From Ascidiella aspersa (Eukaryota): a stretch of DNA of 64,000 nucleotides. The notes beneath the pieces were generated by a model. That model had not been told where the DNA came from and made no database searches. It saw only the letters and a list, made by a program, of their open reading frames with translations. This document shows, piece by piece, positions 37,874 through 49,800 of the stretch. Numbering within the stretch: position 1 is the first letter of the stretch; every line of letters starts with the position of its first letter. A program made the position numbers and the translations under genes. Location: contig OZ004609.1 of the NCBI GenBank assembly GCA_963924565.1, forward strand, positions 33,046,001 through 33,110,000, written 5' to 3'.

Positions 37874-40800
37874 TTAGGTACGCTTTGTCGCGGACGGACT
37901 TGTAAGTTCCTGAAGCATTCTTTCCACGTCAGTTGTCATCTGCTGGTAAAAAAGCAAAACAATAATTGTTTTAATCGTTACTAGGAAAACTTTGTTATTT
38001 TAAAACATTTTTTTATCAAAAAATTGTCATTTTCCTAGTTATTTTAAAACATTATTTACACAAAAAATTGTCATTTTCCTAGTTTTTATAATGTAGAAAT
38101 ATCAAATTAGGTTGTACAATAATTTAACTCGGTGTGCTAACGTGCTCTGATTTAATGGGATTTTCAAGTCTTAAAATTGTTAATCATACAGATAATACTA
38201 CTACTTACTGCATATTTACAGACTATCGATCATTAGATTATAGACAGAAACATGCAAGCTTCTTTTCACGGTGGAACAAGGCTTTGATTTAATTGTTAAA
38301 TTTTCATTCATGCTTATGTGGTAATTATATAATAGTGAGGATGCCATGCATATGTTAAGGTGGACTATACAAAGTAACAGTCTAAAACTTAACATTTTTA
38401 TTACGGTAATAAACTTAAAATATTAAGAACATATTTCAGAACTTTAAATTATATAATTTATCTAGCCTGTTATGTCAAACTTAAAGGAGTTTTCAAAAGG
38501 GCCGTTCTTTAACAGTGTAAGTTCACATTTTAAACATACAGTTACAAGGGTCCCCTTTCCGCTGGTTGTGTTTAGTTCGAAATTGCAGACTAAACTGCTG
38601 CTTAAAAAGCAAGACCAGTCGGTCGCTGTTCATAGTGGCAGCATCCGCCTGCTGAATTTAAGATGTACCTGTGCGCTGACTGCACTTTTACTTGCCGATC
38701 GTTGCCTGTGGCTGCTCAACGGAGAATCGGGAAATTGAAGCGACGAGGTTTTGTGGAATTCCAGGTTGATATTTACTTGGTTCATTTCGCCCGATTTTGT
38801 CGCTAAAGTTTTCACAAAAAAAAAACGGTAACAGTACCGACAATGACATGCACACTTCATGCTTCTGAATATTTAGCGTTAGATATTTGGGGGAGAACAG
38901 GCATTCAAGATTAGATAGTGTTGATTCTAGCAAGCACTTAAAACCTATACAGGGCAAGCATTTTTTTTTAATTTTCTAAAATAACTATATGTTACATAAT
39001 TTTGAAATGCAACGGTTACTTCTAAGAAAATATACATATCACTGAATTATTTCTGCTTCTTTTAGCAGGAGTTAAGTATCGTATCATATTTCAAGTTAAA
39101 AGTTAGGCATTGTGGTAGTATTAGGATATATACAAATACAAGGTATTCATGCATTTATAACAAAAGAGTATTACAATTTCTTCTTAGTCAATAGGTTCAC
39201 TAAAAAAACTAATTTACCCCGAGCAAAAACGAAAAATAAATGAATCAGTTGACTTTTATGTCAAGAGTCTTCTAAGATTGCAAAACGTGCTGCTTAAATT
39301 GTAAATAAGGATTTATTACCACGATACCGTCATTTTGCTACAAAAACTTGAATCAATAAAAAAAAATTGATTTAATTTCCCCAAAAACCCAGTAACTAGT
39401 ACAATTGGACTATCCTCTTCCAAAAAATATTGCATTTGCTTATTTACATTCAAAGTTTTTCATAAGATTAATTATAAGGCTTTCACATCTGAACGACTCA
39501 AATTTAAACAATATTTTTTTATGCAACTTAACAGTTGAACAACCCACTTTTAACCAAAGAGCATTTAAACAGCCTAAATTAGAAAAAAAAAATTAGAAAA
39601 TTAGGCAACGCATATTTAAACAGATAAACTATAAACAACAAATAATTAAACAGCTTAGCTCAAAGAAACGAACACTTATACAACTAAGTATTTTCAAACA
39701 TATAAATATGGAAAATTTACGCAACGCCTTTTTGCGCAATCCACTTTTACGTAGTCACACCTAAATAACTAACATTATTTATACCACGCACCTTTCTGCT
39801 TTTGAATTTTAGATTGCTTAAGAAAACCAACTAACATTTAATAAACAAGGCAGTTTAACACAAAGGTACCTTTAACAGCGGCCTCCCGCTTATAAGATTC
39901 CAACATCTTGTCAACATCCACCGACTCTACCACCTTGGCTCCGTGCTTCTTCTTCGGAGCGTTTGTTCCGGAGCTGGTGGCTTTGATCTTCTTCCCGAAT
40001 CCTACCTTGCTCTTGTGACGCTTCACCTTCTCCGCTGGGTGGGGCTCTTCAGCCACTTTCGCCACTTCCCTGTGAAACAAAGTTTTCCGAATTTTATTTC
40101 TGATGTTACTTTTTCTTTCGCCTCTTAAGATCTTGAATTCAAATGAACTTCAATGAAAAACGGAGATGAGTCCACTACAGCATTTAGTTTAAAATACAAT
40201 TTTTTTTTCACCTTTATGCGAATTATTACATCTCCTAAAATACAACACCTTTTAATGCAGTTCATATTTAAGCTTAAAAAAGCACTTATAGATGCATTTT
40301 TAAAACTCTGTTCCATCTAGTATTCGAAGTCGAAGTCGGACTCGGGACTCAAGTAAGACTTTACGTCATACTCAGGTTACCCAAATTTAAAATCCGACGT
40401 GCACCTTGAACGGAATAAGCGGGACGCAAAATTGCAGTTGAGAGTATAATCGGGATTTCTAGTTAAATGCCTAGCCTTGTTAAACTGTTATAGGACTTAT
40501 TGTGCGCCTGAACTTTTCGTTTATCTTGTTTCATTTTACTACACTAATAAAACAATACTTCATGAAAAATGTAGCAAAAATAACTCAAAAGAAAAGTAGG
40601 GAAGAGGTTTGGATAAACCAGGCGTACATTACCCGACAAAAAGTGCCTTACACTGTCGTAGTTGAAAAGAAGAATGACCTCGAACGTTTTAAATATAGTT
40701 TATTCCTACCTCACCAAAAAAAGGTCAATTTAATTCAGATTTAATAAATGTATATATATATATATATATATACACTAATCCAGTGTTAAAAAATGACTAA

Positions 40801-43800
40801 TTTCTATCTGTGCTCTAAAATAAATTTCAAATGGTGGTAATACATAGAACCGGTTATTACTAATCACCTTATCCTTCTTCAAAATATTAGATTCTAGAGC
40901 TCGGTATGGGTAACGCAAGCACTTACTGTTGTTTAGGGGGGCTCTTGACCCGCACCGGTTCCTGTTTCTTCGGTATAGAGCTGACGGGAGCGATTAGTCC
41001 TTGCAACGCTGCCCTCTTCAAGATGTCCTTCGCCGCCAACGAGTCATTCCGGTCGAACTGTTTATAACAAACGATCGCGCTGATTAAGGTGGAATTTAGT
41101 GTTTTGAACCCATGATCCTGCTAAGAACAGCTTTTTAAGAATGACGCCTGTTTTAGTGATAAGCTGTTGTTATTTTAAAACAAACAAAAAAAGATGTGTA
41201 ACAGTAAACTTTTTTGTGTAGATATTTAAACTAATTTTAATATGCTAGGCTTGCTAGATTAAAGAATTCGAAAACCTTGCCAATGTTTAATCGCTATCTA
41301 TTAAAACTTGTTATCATGAAGAGAGGGCGAAACCTTATTAAGTCCAAACGACTGCAAAAACTAGCCATCTTGGGTAGGACGAGAGAAAAGTCTCTAAACG
41401 TTGAAAAATTTTGCCAAACAAAAAAGGAAAATTTTGCCAACAAAAAATTACCAATTAAAGTACTGCAAACTGATTGATTCTAAGCTTTTGATCTTTTATA
41501 CTGGCCAATAGGAACTAAAATAACAGCAAAAACTTATCAATGTAAATCAACAGCAAAATTTTCTTTTCAATTATACAAGTGGTCGTGGATCCAGTCAAAA
41601 TTTGAACTGGCCACAATCCACAGAAGCACCAAAAGCTTGCTAATGCAAATAAGTCACACACTAATGAAGTCGATATTTCGATTTTTGGATAAAAAAAAAC
41701 CTACATAGCAGCATAAAAAAAAAACAAATACGGGGGACAGTTTATAAAATAGCGATCACACTCACCTCTCAAGTTAGGGTATCGAAAAAAAATGTCAAGT
41801 TCTCGGACATTCCTAATGCAAACTATAGCCAACTTGAAATGTCTGCGACCCGAGGTGGCAGCAAACCCAGGCAACAGTTGATAACAGCAGCCATTACTCA
41901 CTTCTCTAGAAAGCACAGCAATGAAGCATCCATTCATCCCAGGAGTCTGACGCATCCTCAGGAAATTCTGCTTCAGTGCCTGCGCCTTCTGCCCTCTAGG
42001 GACCACCACAGTCTCCCTCTCCCCGTCTCTGACGTCATTGGAGGTGAGGGGCAGCGTGGGCGGGCAGACCCGGAACGGCCGGGCGCCCTCCCCCGTGTCA
42101 CGGTGCCATCGGGTGGCGCTGTTGACCGCTTGTTCGTTTTCTGCTGGGTGGATGCTGCGAGTGGCGTAAACCACTGCCTGGACGCTCGGCACTAAGTGGA
42201 AAGAATGGAGGAGTCGTTTGCGTTGGTAAATGGATAGCACCGATGGTTGGTTGCGAACACTCCTTACTCCTTTCGTGTTTCTTAATTTTTGTTCTCCCAA
42301 TTTTTAATTTTAAGGTTAATTTCGTTAAGTTCACATCCAAAAATTTTATTTAGGCTTAACGATTAAGAACGCAGTTTTTAGTCTTTTATAAAAAAAAAAT
42401 GCCTTCTGTAGTCATCCGGTGCAGTTTTTATTTTCCCTTTAAGGATCAGGTATATGCATGTCATTCTATTAGATCGGCCTTTTATTTTGTTAAAAAGGTA
42501 TCATTTTCATAAGGCATTTAACATTTTCTTTAAAAGTTCTCCACTGTAGCATCTTGTTTAAAATATGAGAATTTTTCTCCAAAGCGCAGTTTATATTTAC
42601 ATAAAAAAAACCTGTAGGTTCATTTTTTATCCATACGTTTCACCTCGTATCCTAGTTTTCAACCTTTAAAAAATCAGGTCGGAGTCGGACTCGGGACTCA
42701 AGTAAGGCTAAACGTCATACTCAGATTATCCGATTTCCGAATCCGACTTGCGCATGCGCAAAACCAAATTCGAAACCGACAAGACCGCAAATTGTAAATC
42801 ACAAAGGTGTAACAGCATATCGAACAAATTACATCCACGTATAGTGGGTTGTTTTAAGTCTAAAATTAAATAAAATCTTACCTTTTAGCGCTGCCTTTAG
42901 CACCTCGAGGTGCGACTTTCCGCATTCTGTGGCTCGGTTGTGTCGCTCTCCGTGCGAGAGATCGCGCAGCACAGAGAAGTTCTCGCTGTCGCCCTCGTTC
43001 AGCATGAAGTCGACCGGGTTGGCGACGGCTGTGCGCGTGCACTGCGGAGTCACCAACACCACTTTGACGCGCGAGAAACGAGAGTCGCGCTTTAGGTCCA
43101 GGTTCTCGAAGCGGTCGTTTAGCAACTTCACGTCTGCGAGGAATTGTTTTTAGGTAAAATCGACTGTTTGTTTGACAGTGGGGGGTTGGTATGAAAGCGG
43201 TAAGACTCGAATGTTTGCAAGTTGAATGAAATTCATATCTGCGTACCAGTGTTGTAATGACTTAAGTCATTGACTTCATTGACTTGACTTAAGTCTTTTG
43301 ACCAAAATAACTAGACTTGACATAAGTCTTTTGGACAAATGACTTGACTTGGACTTAAGTCATTTTATCAAATAACTTGGGATAAAATTAATTGTTTTTT
43401 TATAAAATTGTTCTCAATTTATCTCTGTTTTGTACATTAAACACTTTTATTGCTGTATATTGCGTTTGTGTTGTTTTATTAGTTAAATTGTTGCTTATAA
43501 TAATCGAACGAGTTTACCAATTTTACTAGTTTAACGTTTCATTTTTATGTCAATGACATGACTTGAAATTGACTTGCTCTCATAAGGAAATTACTGGGAC
43601 TTTACTTGCGCAACCGATGACTTGGACTGGGACTTGACTTGTTATTTTTGCAAAAGACTTGACTGGGACTTAAAATTTACTTGTTTACAACACTGCTGCG
43701 TACCATTTAGTCTCCTTTATTGTTATGCCTTTTAAACGTATCGACATAATACTTTGAAAATAAATCACAAATATTTTTCGATATGTTTTAAATTCGACCA

Positions 43801-46800
43801 TATAGTTATTCGTCATTCGGTTTAGGCCAGAGGTTCCCAACGTGGGCGGTACCGCCCCCTTGTGGGCGTTGGCGACTTACAAGGGGGCGTTTTGGGTCTT
43901 TTTCTAATTTGGGGGGCGCTGAACGCACATAAGGGGGCGTTACATGAAAGTACTGATGGCAAAATTTTGTAAAAGGTTCACATAAAAATAGTAACAAACA
44001 GCATTGTAGGTAACTTTTAGCCTTATGGCAACTTCCGTACTGCGAACTTGTAGTAATTTCCCGACCATTGTTACGTAATAATTGGCTTTCTTATATTAAG
44101 TTGTTTGTTGCGTTTCACCGTTTTATACGCGGCAAAATGTTTGTATATTTAAAGCAGGGCTCGCCGCCGGATTCGGCCAGCCGCGCCCCTATGACAACTA
44201 GACATGAGTTCATTTCAAATACTTTTTGACTATTTTACGTTTAGTACGGTAGAAAAATTTTAGCGCTTCGCGCGAATGATCTTTCTACGTCCGGCTTGTT
44301 TACACATTTTGAAGCTGTTTCTGGACTAGATCAGCGCTTCTTTACCGTTGCACCGTGGAAGGCTACCAAGTGCGTCACGGAAAAACGGAAAACGTATTAA
44401 AAATATTACACATATATTTTTAACATTTTTTTGGCAATGTAATAACAAAAACTAGCAGGAAATTTAAGAGAAATGCCGGTATACCCCCAAAAATCGCGCT
44501 CGCTTCCCTCGCCAGGTGCGCCCGGACTTAAAAGATTAACAAACACTGCACTATCTATTAAGGTTAACGCGTTTCCTAAAAGCAGCTTTATTACACTTTT
44601 CATTAGTAGTATGGATGAAACAATGCGGCCAACGGAGACCTTTCTGAGTTTGGTTGGCGACTAGAAAAGGTTGCCGACCCCTGATTTAAATTTTCCTGGT
44701 AATGACATAACCTGGTGAAATAATGTATCTATAAATTCCCACAGTGAATGTATGTTAGACAACCTAAAATATGACTGACAGCTTATCGAAACGAAAGTGA
44801 AGACAATATGATGTTAGACAACGATTAATATAATACTTTACTGTAAAACAAGATGAGGGTGGGCGATATGAAATAATATTGAGCCCAAGGGGGCACTAGT
44901 GTAAAAAAGGTTGGGAAACACTGGTTTAGGCGGCCGTAAGCATCGGACATTCCCTACACTTACTTTTCAATCCGAGTTGCTTCAGCAGTCCATTGAGTTG
45001 TTCCCTGTGTGCGTCACTTCGCACTCCGCAAGCATACACGGTCGGTCTTCGCATCGAATCATCAGTTTCTTCATTTGATTCGCTGTTTCCTTCCAGCAGC
45101 AAGTTGGAGTTGCGCGTTAGGGGATTCCCGTACATCAGCTGCTTCGCTTCGACGCGTTTTCTTGTGACGCTAAAGTCGGTCGAAAAATAAAAGACTTTTT
45201 TAAAAAAGTAATTCATTTTCCAATCTTTTTTTTTTTTTATTGTGGCACAAAAACAAAATTAACCCGATTGACAATTTTTTTCCTTTTATTGATCAAGTAA
45301 GTAATGTTTTTTTTTTTTCTTTGTAAAAGTGAAACGTTCAAAGAACTTGTTAAATGGTTATTTGGCAAAATTTGCGGCTTAAGTTCCTGAATTATATTGA
45401 TATCGGATCGGTAACGATACGACCCTAGTATTGGACGAGTACAAATACTACCACTCGGGAACGGGTATCGGCTCCGATCCGATATTATCGGACATCCCTA
45501 CAGAGACAGGTTGAGCCTCTCAACCGAATCTGTTCTAACTTACTTGTGCAGATAGACGGCGAGGTGCGCGGTTGTGAGTCCTGACAAAACGTCGGTGTGG
45601 AGCAAGTCGCACTCGTCGTCCTCTGTAAGCAGAGCAGCCACCGACTTCACGGCCAGACTGCTCGTCTTGTCCTGAACGTATAACAACAGCTTATTCGTGA
45701 CTTCGTGGCCTGCCATTAAATTTAACTACACCAATACTAAGAATTCCCCACTATTTATCATTAGTGGCCCAAAAAACAATAGGCAGACTCTGTTGACCAC
45801 GGTACTGCTTACGAATTAAAAAAAATCAATATTTCACAATTAATTATATGCATAGTTTTACTCTATTAATTTTGTGCTATTACCAGCTGCCTAAAATTTA
45901 AAAGCAAAACGATCCCAGACTGGTACTTTCATTGAATAGCAACGAAGTGGATAAGCTCAGAAAATCCTCTAAACTCGTTCCCTAGGCCAGTTTTTGACCT
46001 TAGTGTACATGGAAATAAGTTTTAGGCGTCAGTAGAAATATTTGCATTGTTTTTGTGAGGGCTTTAAAATGAAACCTCTAAGTCTAACATAATGCCGTGA
46101 ATAGACTTTGTTTAATTAAAATTTTTACATAGTGCTAATTGGTAGCCTACCCCTGTGTACAAAATAACCGTTTTCAGTTGATCCTCCCATGGTCCTTTTT
46201 ATTGGCAACGTCTTTATTTAAAGAAAGGATGTTGAAAACGTGCTATTCAATTTTGTTGCCAAGTTAAAGATTTTTTTTTTCATTTTTTTTATAGACAGAG
46301 AAAGAAAGTTTTGAACAAGTTTTCAAAAAAGGTTACATTTAGGAAACAAAGATGCTTGTAAAATCGCCGAATTTTGCTAGAATTCACCTTATCTGCGTTT
46401 GAGGTTTTGCAAACACGTTTTTCGCGTAGACGTACGTTTGCTTTTGACAAATATTACTAGTTAACTAAGCTTTTGTGTCTCCTAACTAAGCTTTGCCAAA
46501 AAATCCCATGTAATTTAGTATTACATCCTCCAATATTATTTTAGTATAGTTATGCGCATGTAACCAAAGGCACAGCGCGTTATAAAAGATTTATCAAACT
46601 TTACTTTTACAATCTGTTTCATGTTGTTCTATCCCCAAAAGCGACATCTCAGTTGAGTCAAAATATAGGTTTTCGGGCCTAATAGAAGGAGTGGTAGACG
46701 GGAAATGCATTCCTGTGTTTCTTCTGTAAACTGTTTATACATCGCGACGCTTCAATTGCTATGCGGTGTATTAACGGCGCCACAACTGCTGCCTTACGGC

Positions 46801-49800
46801 AAATTTATCCGTTTTTTATTGCCAAAACATTTTCATGGTTTTAGTCAATATCCGACTTTTTGTGAACCAACAATAGATTTGGGTCTGAGGTCAGGACACA
46901 AATTACTGTTCAAGTTTTGTGCGCAGGCGTCACAAATCTCGGGAATTGTCATGTTTTGGCCACACAAAGTGTTATGTATTATTATTTATCGTCGTTTACC
47001 ACGTACTTTTACGCTTCAGTGATTACGTGTTATCGCGCCATTGATTCTTGTTTTGCATTCGTGGCGCTATCTAAACGTGCTCGCTTCAACTTGCTACTTG
47101 TTAGACTTGTACTCGAAAGTAAACGCACTCAGTTAATCTGAGAACACAACAAATTGGCGACGAGGATGGGATCCATGCGATCTGCATATTTATTTTAATC
47201 TCCGCGATCAAAATAAAAGTTTACTGAAGAAAAAGAGTACAAAAGAAAATGGCTACTAAAGAACTAGTGGAACTGTTCAAGCACCAGCTCGAAGAGCAGA
47301 AGAAACACATAAGTAGGCAAGCTGCTCAATTGGAGGAACAAAAGGCACATTCTGCTGCTCAGCTCGAAGAGCAGAAGATACACATAAGTAGACACATGGA
47401 GGAACAAAAGGCACGTCACAGAAAAGAACTGGATGAACAATATTCCAGAAACAACGAGCAAATGGCAAGCTTTATGGAAACTCTCCAAAAATTTGCAGCT
47501 GGCAAAAGTGTTTCCCAGCCTGAAGCTTCATTTCCAATCAGCACGGTGCCAAATTTTGCCCAGTTTGAACCAACCATGGAACTGTGGACAGATTATTACA
47601 ACCGGTTTTTGACATTTGTAGGTGCACATTCTGTTCCTGGTAATAAAATACCACAAGTGTTTTTGACTAACCAGTCTGCAGTTGTGTATAAGCTTCTACA
47701 GAATCTTGCAACCCAACAACAACCATCAAAAGATATCAATGAGCTCACTATGGATAATATCATAACCTTTATGGCAGAGCAATTTGACCCAAAAAGGTTT
47801 GTTGTTAGAGAACGGTTCAAGTTCTGGAGTGAAATGCATCGGAAACCCGGCGAAAGTGTAAATGAATTGGCAGCAAGAATTCGCCAAGATGCTATTACAT
47901 GCGATTTTGCTTCAATTAAGAATCCACAAGATGATGCCATGTGTACAAGGTTTATCTGTTCAATAAAAAATGAAGCAGTTTTAAAGGCTATTTTCAAGGT
48001 GCAACAAGGGCTGACATTTTCCAAGGCAATACAAATAGCTCTTGAGACTGAAGATGCAGCCAAAGTGGCAAAAGAGACCGCTATGGGCAACATATTTACC
48101 CCTTCCGTTGAAGCAAATGTTGTAAGGGAAAAGAAAAATGTGGAAGTGAAGACCTCTCGTAATTTTGTCAAAGGTCCACCATGTGGTAGATGTGGTCGAA
48201 AGGGTCATTCAGGTACAACCTGCTTTCACAAAAACTCTATATGTCATTTTTGTAAAAATAAAGGACATCTTGAATCTGTCTGTTTCAAAAAGAAGAAGAG
48301 CCAAGTGAAATCCATCACCAAGCGCAGTGTTTTGCAAACCGTCAAAGCTATTAATTCAACTGGCAAACTGCAACAAGAAGTCAATATTGATGGTCGCACA
48401 TTTAGATTTGAAGTTGACACTGGAGCTGGTGAGAATTTTATTTCCAAAGAAAGATGGCAAGAGCTTGGCAAACCCACACTATATCAAAGCAACTTGTATT
48501 TTGAGTCTGCATCTGGACACAAGTTACCTACACTTGGTGTATTCGAACCAAGGCAAGTAAGTGCTAATAGCAAGGTAATTGATGTTCCAGTTAAATTTAT
48601 CGTCACCCATATTTCTAATCTTAATCTTTTGGGTCGGAGTGGAATTTCTAAATTAGGGATATCTATTGATGCGCTGATGCAACTGAATGGCTGTAAATCT
48701 AAAATTAGTAATGTTACGCCAGTTAGTATCAGTGGTTCACATAAATCTTTACAACTTGCATGTGAACAGCTCTGTAATGAATTTCCGAATTTATTTACAC
48801 CTGGATTGGGTTGTTTGAAAGATTTTGAACTTGATATTAGGTTTAAAACTAATGCAAAGCCTATTTTTTGTAAACCTCGACCAGTGCCCTTTGCATTACA
48901 AGAACATCTGGCACAAGCCTATGAGGCAGGTATAGCAAAAGGTGTTTGGGAGAAATCTCAATTTAATGATTATGGGACTCCTGTGGTGCCTGTGTGGAAA
49001 AAGCGATTACCGGGACAGGAAAACCGACCTATTCGTGTTTGTGGGGATTATTCTGTTACTGTAAATCCACAATTAGAAATCCATCGGCAACCACTTCCCT
49101 TACCTGAAGATTTAATGCGCCAACTTGGGGGTGGACATGGTTTTAGTAAAATTGATTTGGCTGATGCCTATAACCAGATTTTACTTAGTCCACGGAGCCA
49201 AAAGAGGCTTGCATTAAGTACGCATAAAGGGGTATTACTTCAAAAGCGACTTCCTTTTGGAATAAGTTCTGCGCCTGGATATTTTCAAGAAATTATGGGA
49301 CAGCTAACCTCTGACTTAACAGGTGTAGCTGTTTATTTAGATGATATTTTGGTAAGTGGGTCAACTGCTGAAGAACACCTGCAAAACCTCCGCGCACTTT
49401 TGCAGCGACTTCAAGACAGAGGATTGAAATGCAAACAACAAAAGTGTGTGTTTGCGCAACCCAGTGTTGAATATCTTGGACATACGTTGTCACAAGTAGG
49501 AATTAGAAAAGGACAAAAGGTGAGTGCAGTATTGAAAATGCCTGCACCAAAAGACTTAGCTACTCTACGTTCTTTTCTTGGTTGTGTTCAGTTTTATAAC
49601 AAGTTTTTGCCAAACTTAGCTACTGTGTCTGAACCTCTTTACAGGCTTACCCGTAAAGGAACTAAGTGGGATTGGGGTAAAAGCCAAGAGGCTGCTTTCA
49701 ACAATTTGAAAGAAATGTTATGTGCAGATACTGTTCTGGCACATTTTGACCCTTCATTAAAAATAGGGGTTTCTTGTGATGCATCTAACGTAGGGATCGG

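Noticed and set aside
41839-43153. Plus-strand ORFs of 118, 61 and 74 aa
   Set aside because: Antisense shadows of GC-rich NSUN7 exons.
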